NCBI RefSeq assembly: GCF_006345805.1
Contig: NW_021826868.1
Coordinates: 1-12,074, forward strand
DNA: 12,074 nucleotides
Source: Octopus sinensis
Taxonomy: Eukaryota
Direction of reading: 5' to 3'
Shown: in pieces, positions 9,189 to 12,074 of the stretch
Layout of the letters: each line of letters begins with the position of its first letter
How positions within the stretch are numbered: position 1 is the stretch's first letter
Program-made: the position numbers and the translations under genes
The notes under the pieces: generated by a model
Database searches by the model: none
What the model was told of the DNA's origin: nothing
Seen by the model: the letters and a program-made list of their open reading frames with translations, nothing else

Positions 9189-9189
9189 A
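9002..9189. repeat. Compound trinucleotide microsatellite (TTG)(TCA/TCG/CCG)(TTA)n(TTG)n
   Basis: Direct reading. Confidence 0.95.
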
Positions 9190-9192
9190 CGA

Positions 9193-9410
9193 TGGCAAGC
9201 TAGCAGAATCGATTGAACGCCAGGCACATTGCTTAACAGTATTTCGTCCGGTTTTACTTTCTGGGATCAAATTCCACCGAGGTCGACATTTTTTTCATCC
9301 TCTCGGGGTCGATAAAGTAAATACCAGTTGAATACTGGTGTCCAAGAATTCGGCGTATTCCTTCCCCCCGAAAGTACTGGCTTTGTACCAAAATTAACAA
9401 AAAATTATAA
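9193..9410 (+). mobile_element. Degenerate SINE (family C)
   Basis: tggcaagctagcagaatcg...caaattccaccgaggtcgac...tttcatcctctcggggtcgataaagtaaataccagttg matches the 5317-5545 copy. Confidence 0.82.
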
Positions 9411-9418
9411 TAATAATA

Positions 9419-9595
9419 GGCGCAGGAGTGGCTGTGTGGTAAGTAGCTTGTTTACCAACCACATGGTTCCGGGTTCAGTCCCACTGCGTGGCATCTTGGG
9501 CAAGTGTCTTCTGCTATAGCCCCGGGCCGACCAATGCCTTGTGAGTGGATTTGGTAGACGGAAACTGAAAGAAGCATGTCGTATATATGTATACA

Positions 9596-9632
<37 letters not shown>

Positions 9633-9843
9633 TTGTGTATCTGTGTTTATCCCCACAACAACGCTGGTGTTTTTACGTCCCCGTCACTTAGCAGTTCGGC
9701 AAAAAGAGACCGATAGAGTAAGTAATGGGCTTACAAAAGAATAAGTCCCGGGGTCGATTTGCTCGGCTCGACTAAAGGCGGTGCTCCAGCATGGCCGCAG
9801 TCGAATGACTGAAACAAGTAAAAGAGTAAAAGAGAAAAAAGAG
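9419..9843 (+). mobile_element. tRNA-derived SINE, full length with internal (TA)/(TG) microsatellite (family B)
   Basis: A box TGGCTGTGTGG (9429-9439) and B box GGTTCAGTCCC (9472-9482). Central block ccttgtgagtggatttggtagacggaaactgaaagaag. Internal microsatellite, then a 3' module ending gaaacaagtaaaagagtaaaagag. Confidence 0.88.
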
Positions 9844-9852
9844 TAATATGGT

Positions 9853-10064
9853 GGTGGTGAGCTGGCAGACTCGTTAGCAAACCGGAGAAAATCGCTCAGC
9901 GGTATTTCGCCCGTCTTTACGTTTTGAGTTCAAATTCCGCCGAGGTCGATATTTGTCTTTCATTCGGGTCGATAAATTAAGTACCAGTTGAGTATTAGGG
10001 GTCGATATAATCGACTTGCCTTCTCCCCTCAAATTCCAAGCCTTGTGCCTATTGTAGAAAGGAT
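9853..10064 (+). mobile_element. SINE (family C) with alternative 3' tail
   Basis: ggtggtgagctggcagactcgttagc...gagttcaaattccgccgaggtcga...gtcgataaattaagtaccagttg...ggtcgatataatcgact; tail ccttgtgcctattgtagaaaggatt followed by (GTT)n. Confidence 0.88.
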
Positions 10065-10240
10065 TGTTGTTGTTTCTGTTGTTTTGTTTTTACCAATCCG
10101 GATATCATTACGCGTTCGTCATGATTTATTACGTAGTTGATACCGCTGTTAATGTTGATACTGATAATATAGTTTTTTACTGTTAATGTTCTTATTAGTT
10201 GTTGTATTAGATATGTCATTGTTAATAATGTCGTTAGTAT

Positions 10241-10270
10241 TTGTTGTTGTTGTTGTTGTTGTTGTTGTTA
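10241..10270. repeat. (TTG)n microsatellite
   Basis: Direct reading. Confidence 0.93.
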
Positions 10271-10338
10271 GTATAGCTTGTTCTTTCCTTTCTACACACA
10301 ATATTTGCTGACATAACACTTCTTACGTTGCCCTGTAG

Positions 10339-10391
10339 AGTCGTCGTCGTCGTCGTCGTCGTGGTTGTTGTTGTTGTTGTTGTTGTTGTTG
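10339..10391. repeat. (GTC)n(GTT)n compound microsatellite
   Basis: Direct reading. Confidence 0.93.
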
Positions 10392-10394
10392 CAA

Positions 10395-10605
10395 AAGACG
10401 CGATTCGAATGACTCGGCCAAGCGCCGAAACTAGGTACCTTAACGGCATTTTAGTTAAGTCTCTTTGCGATCTGAATTCAAAATTTGCCGAGGTCAGCTT
10501 TACTTCACATCTTTCTCGGAGTTAATAAAACAAAGTACTACAAGTGAAGTACTACGGTCGATATAATCGATCGTACTCTTTTCCTATGGATTCGTGGCCT
10601 TTTAT
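10395..10605 (+). mobile_element. Highly diverged SINE (family C)
   Basis: tctgaattcaaaatttgccgaggtcagcttta...ggtcgatataatcga matches the family C body. A further tail-like fragment lies at ~10612-10665. Confidence 0.65.
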
Positions 10606-10699
10606 TTTCATTGTTTCAGAGATCGATAAAATAACTTGCACATCATGAGTCAATATCATTGACTATGATATCGCTCGTTCTCTATCGATGTGTGGATTA

Positions 10700-11102
10700 T
10701 TGTTATCGGCCAGGACCTCATCGACTTTTTTTCAATTCCATTTGAAATCAAAGATGAGGGTTAAGTGGGGTGTGTTGCTCCAAAGTGAATTTACTGAAAG
10801 GTGGATGAATGTGGTAAGGATGGCTCGAGTGAGTGGGCCTACGCTAAACTAGCTGCTACAGATTAAGGAGTTCATTGGAGGAAGGGGCACTCGTCATGCA
10901 CCTCTGGTGAGTAAAGTATCCTGAGATCTGTGAGGTTCTTTGCTGAACCTGGGTGTCATTTACCCCTACTGGAGAATTTTTGCTAAAAGCTATGGTTTTT
11001 TTATATTATTTATAAGTTTGTTTTTTTTTTATAAATCCCCACTGCCCTCCATCTTTGTATTGTCTTAAATGTTTTTGCAATCCTTGTAGCCAATACAGAA
11101 AG
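10700..11102 (+). mobile_element. 3' end of a probable L1/Tx1-like non-LTR retrotransposon (ORF2 C-terminus plus 3' UTR)
   Basis: With frameshift repair it reads (LSGQD)LIDFFQFHLKSKMRVKWGVLLQSEFTERWMNVVRMARVSGPTLN* (stop 10850-10852). I recall similar C-termini in octopus L1/Tx1-like ORF2 proteins; not verified. A T-rich 3' UTR follows, ending ccttgtagccaatacagaaag. Confidence 0.5.
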
Positions 11103-11145
11103 TACTGTTGTTTGTGTTGTTCTTGTTCTTGTTCTTGTTTATTTA

Positions 11146-11363
11146 GGCAGTGATCCGGCAGAATCGTTAGCATGCCGGAGAAAATACTTAGCAACATTTC
11201 GTCCGTTTTTACATTCTGAGTTGAAATTCCGCCGACGTCGACTTTACTTATCATCCTTTCTGAGTCGATAAAACAAGTATAAGTCAAGCACTGAGGGTCG
11301 ATGTAATCGACTAACCCCCGACAAAAAAAAATTTCAGGCCATGCACCAACAATAGAAACGATT
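11146..11363 (+). mobile_element. SINE (family C)
   Basis: ggcagtgatccggcagaatcgttagcatgccgg...ctgagttgaaattccgccgacgtcgacttt...gtcgataaaacaagta...ggtcgatgtaatcgact; tail ...aatagaaacgatt. Confidence 0.85.
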
Positions 11364-11385
11364 AAAAAGACATTACTTCTGGTTC

Positions 11386-11461
11386 TTTATATTCCGAGTT
11401 CAAATTCCGCCGAGATCGACTTTGCCTTTCAGCCTTCGTGGGTCAATAAAGTTGAGTACTG
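11386..11461 (+). mobile_element. Internal fragment of family C SINE
   Basis: gagttcaaattccgccgagatcgactttgcctttcagccttcgtgggtcaataaa matches the B box and body. Confidence 0.8.
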
Positions 11462-11545
11462 TTCTAAGCAGTGATGTATGCAATTCTTCACTGAAGGCTG
11501 TCCGTAACACTTAGTTAAGACATTTTCAGATTTTATTTTCTTGCT

Positions 11546-11548
11546 ATT

Positions 11549-11608
<60 letters not shown>

Positions 11609-11637
11609 TTGTTGTTGTTGTTGTTGCTCTTGTTGTT
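11546..11637. repeat. (TTG)n microsatellite (~30 units)
   Basis: Direct reading. Confidence 0.97.
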
Positions 11638-11790
11638 TTCAGGAACAACCCAATGTAAGTGGGGAGAGATTAAATTGTCTTGAAGATGATGTCAGCGACA
11701 TATCGACATTACTTAACATGACATCAGCTGCATGTTGTGATATGGTGTACTGGGTTCTGTGATTATATATTGTATGGTGATGTATCGGTT

Positions 11791-12074
11791 GCGAGAGCGT
11801 GTGGCCGAATGGTTAGAGTGTTGCATTCACGATCGAGAGAGCATGGTTTCGATTCACATGACCGGAACAGCTAGTTGTGTTTTTCAATAAAAAAAAAACA
11901 ATTCATCACACGCTGCTCTGCAATCACGTTGACACCTGACGTATGACCCACTGCGTACACCTGTACACCTGTACACCTGTATAGCCAATGTCGATTAGGT
12001 GAACGGAGTGAACTCATCTACAACATAAACATTTAATCACTATAAACAAGTCACCTGTGCAGGTTTTCGTCAAG
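11791..12074 (+). mobile_element. tRNA-derived SINE (family D), runs off window end
   Basis: A box TGGCCGAATGG (11802-11812), B box GGTTTCGATTCAC (11845-11857); body aligns with 7556-7766 (-). Contains a local (GTACACCT)x3 expansion at 11955-11978. Confidence 0.82.

Noticed and set aside
8565-9331. Thr/His/Asn/Cys homopolymer ORFs
   Set aside because: Translations of trinucleotide low-complexity tracts.
10862-10906. 45-nt exon candidate (cag|IKEFIGGRGTRHAPL|gtgagt)
   Set aside because: Poor polypyrimidine tract, and it lies in the presumed LINE 3' UTR; the peptide is not recognised. RNA-seq junctions would be needed to revive it.

Overview
AT-rich eukaryotic, repeat-dominated DNA with no recognisable host gene. 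From memory, the SINE families and microsatellite load resemble an octopus/coleoid cephalopod genome; this is inference and was not checked against a database. The window holds a decayed mariner transposase (1-~750, -), a decayed CR1-like LINE ORF2 (~5725-7555, -), a probable L1/Tx1-like LINE 3' end (~10700-11100, +), about a dozen tRNA-derived SINE copies or fragments, a 190-bp mini-Helitron and many microsatellites. Most ORFs in the supplied track are repeat artefacts. The most interesting signal is three fold-back (inverted-repeat) units of unrelated sequence (1100-1400, 3183-3865, 8042-8241), each abutting a (TA)n tract. Two carry a complete minimal type I hammerhead ribozyme core and one carries only the 3' half. 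This fits non-autonomous Penelope-like/retrozyme elements. Also noted: a co-oriented SINE chain spaced by (TTG/TTA)n, a possible shared SINE/LINE 3' tail and a candidate 12-nt microexon.
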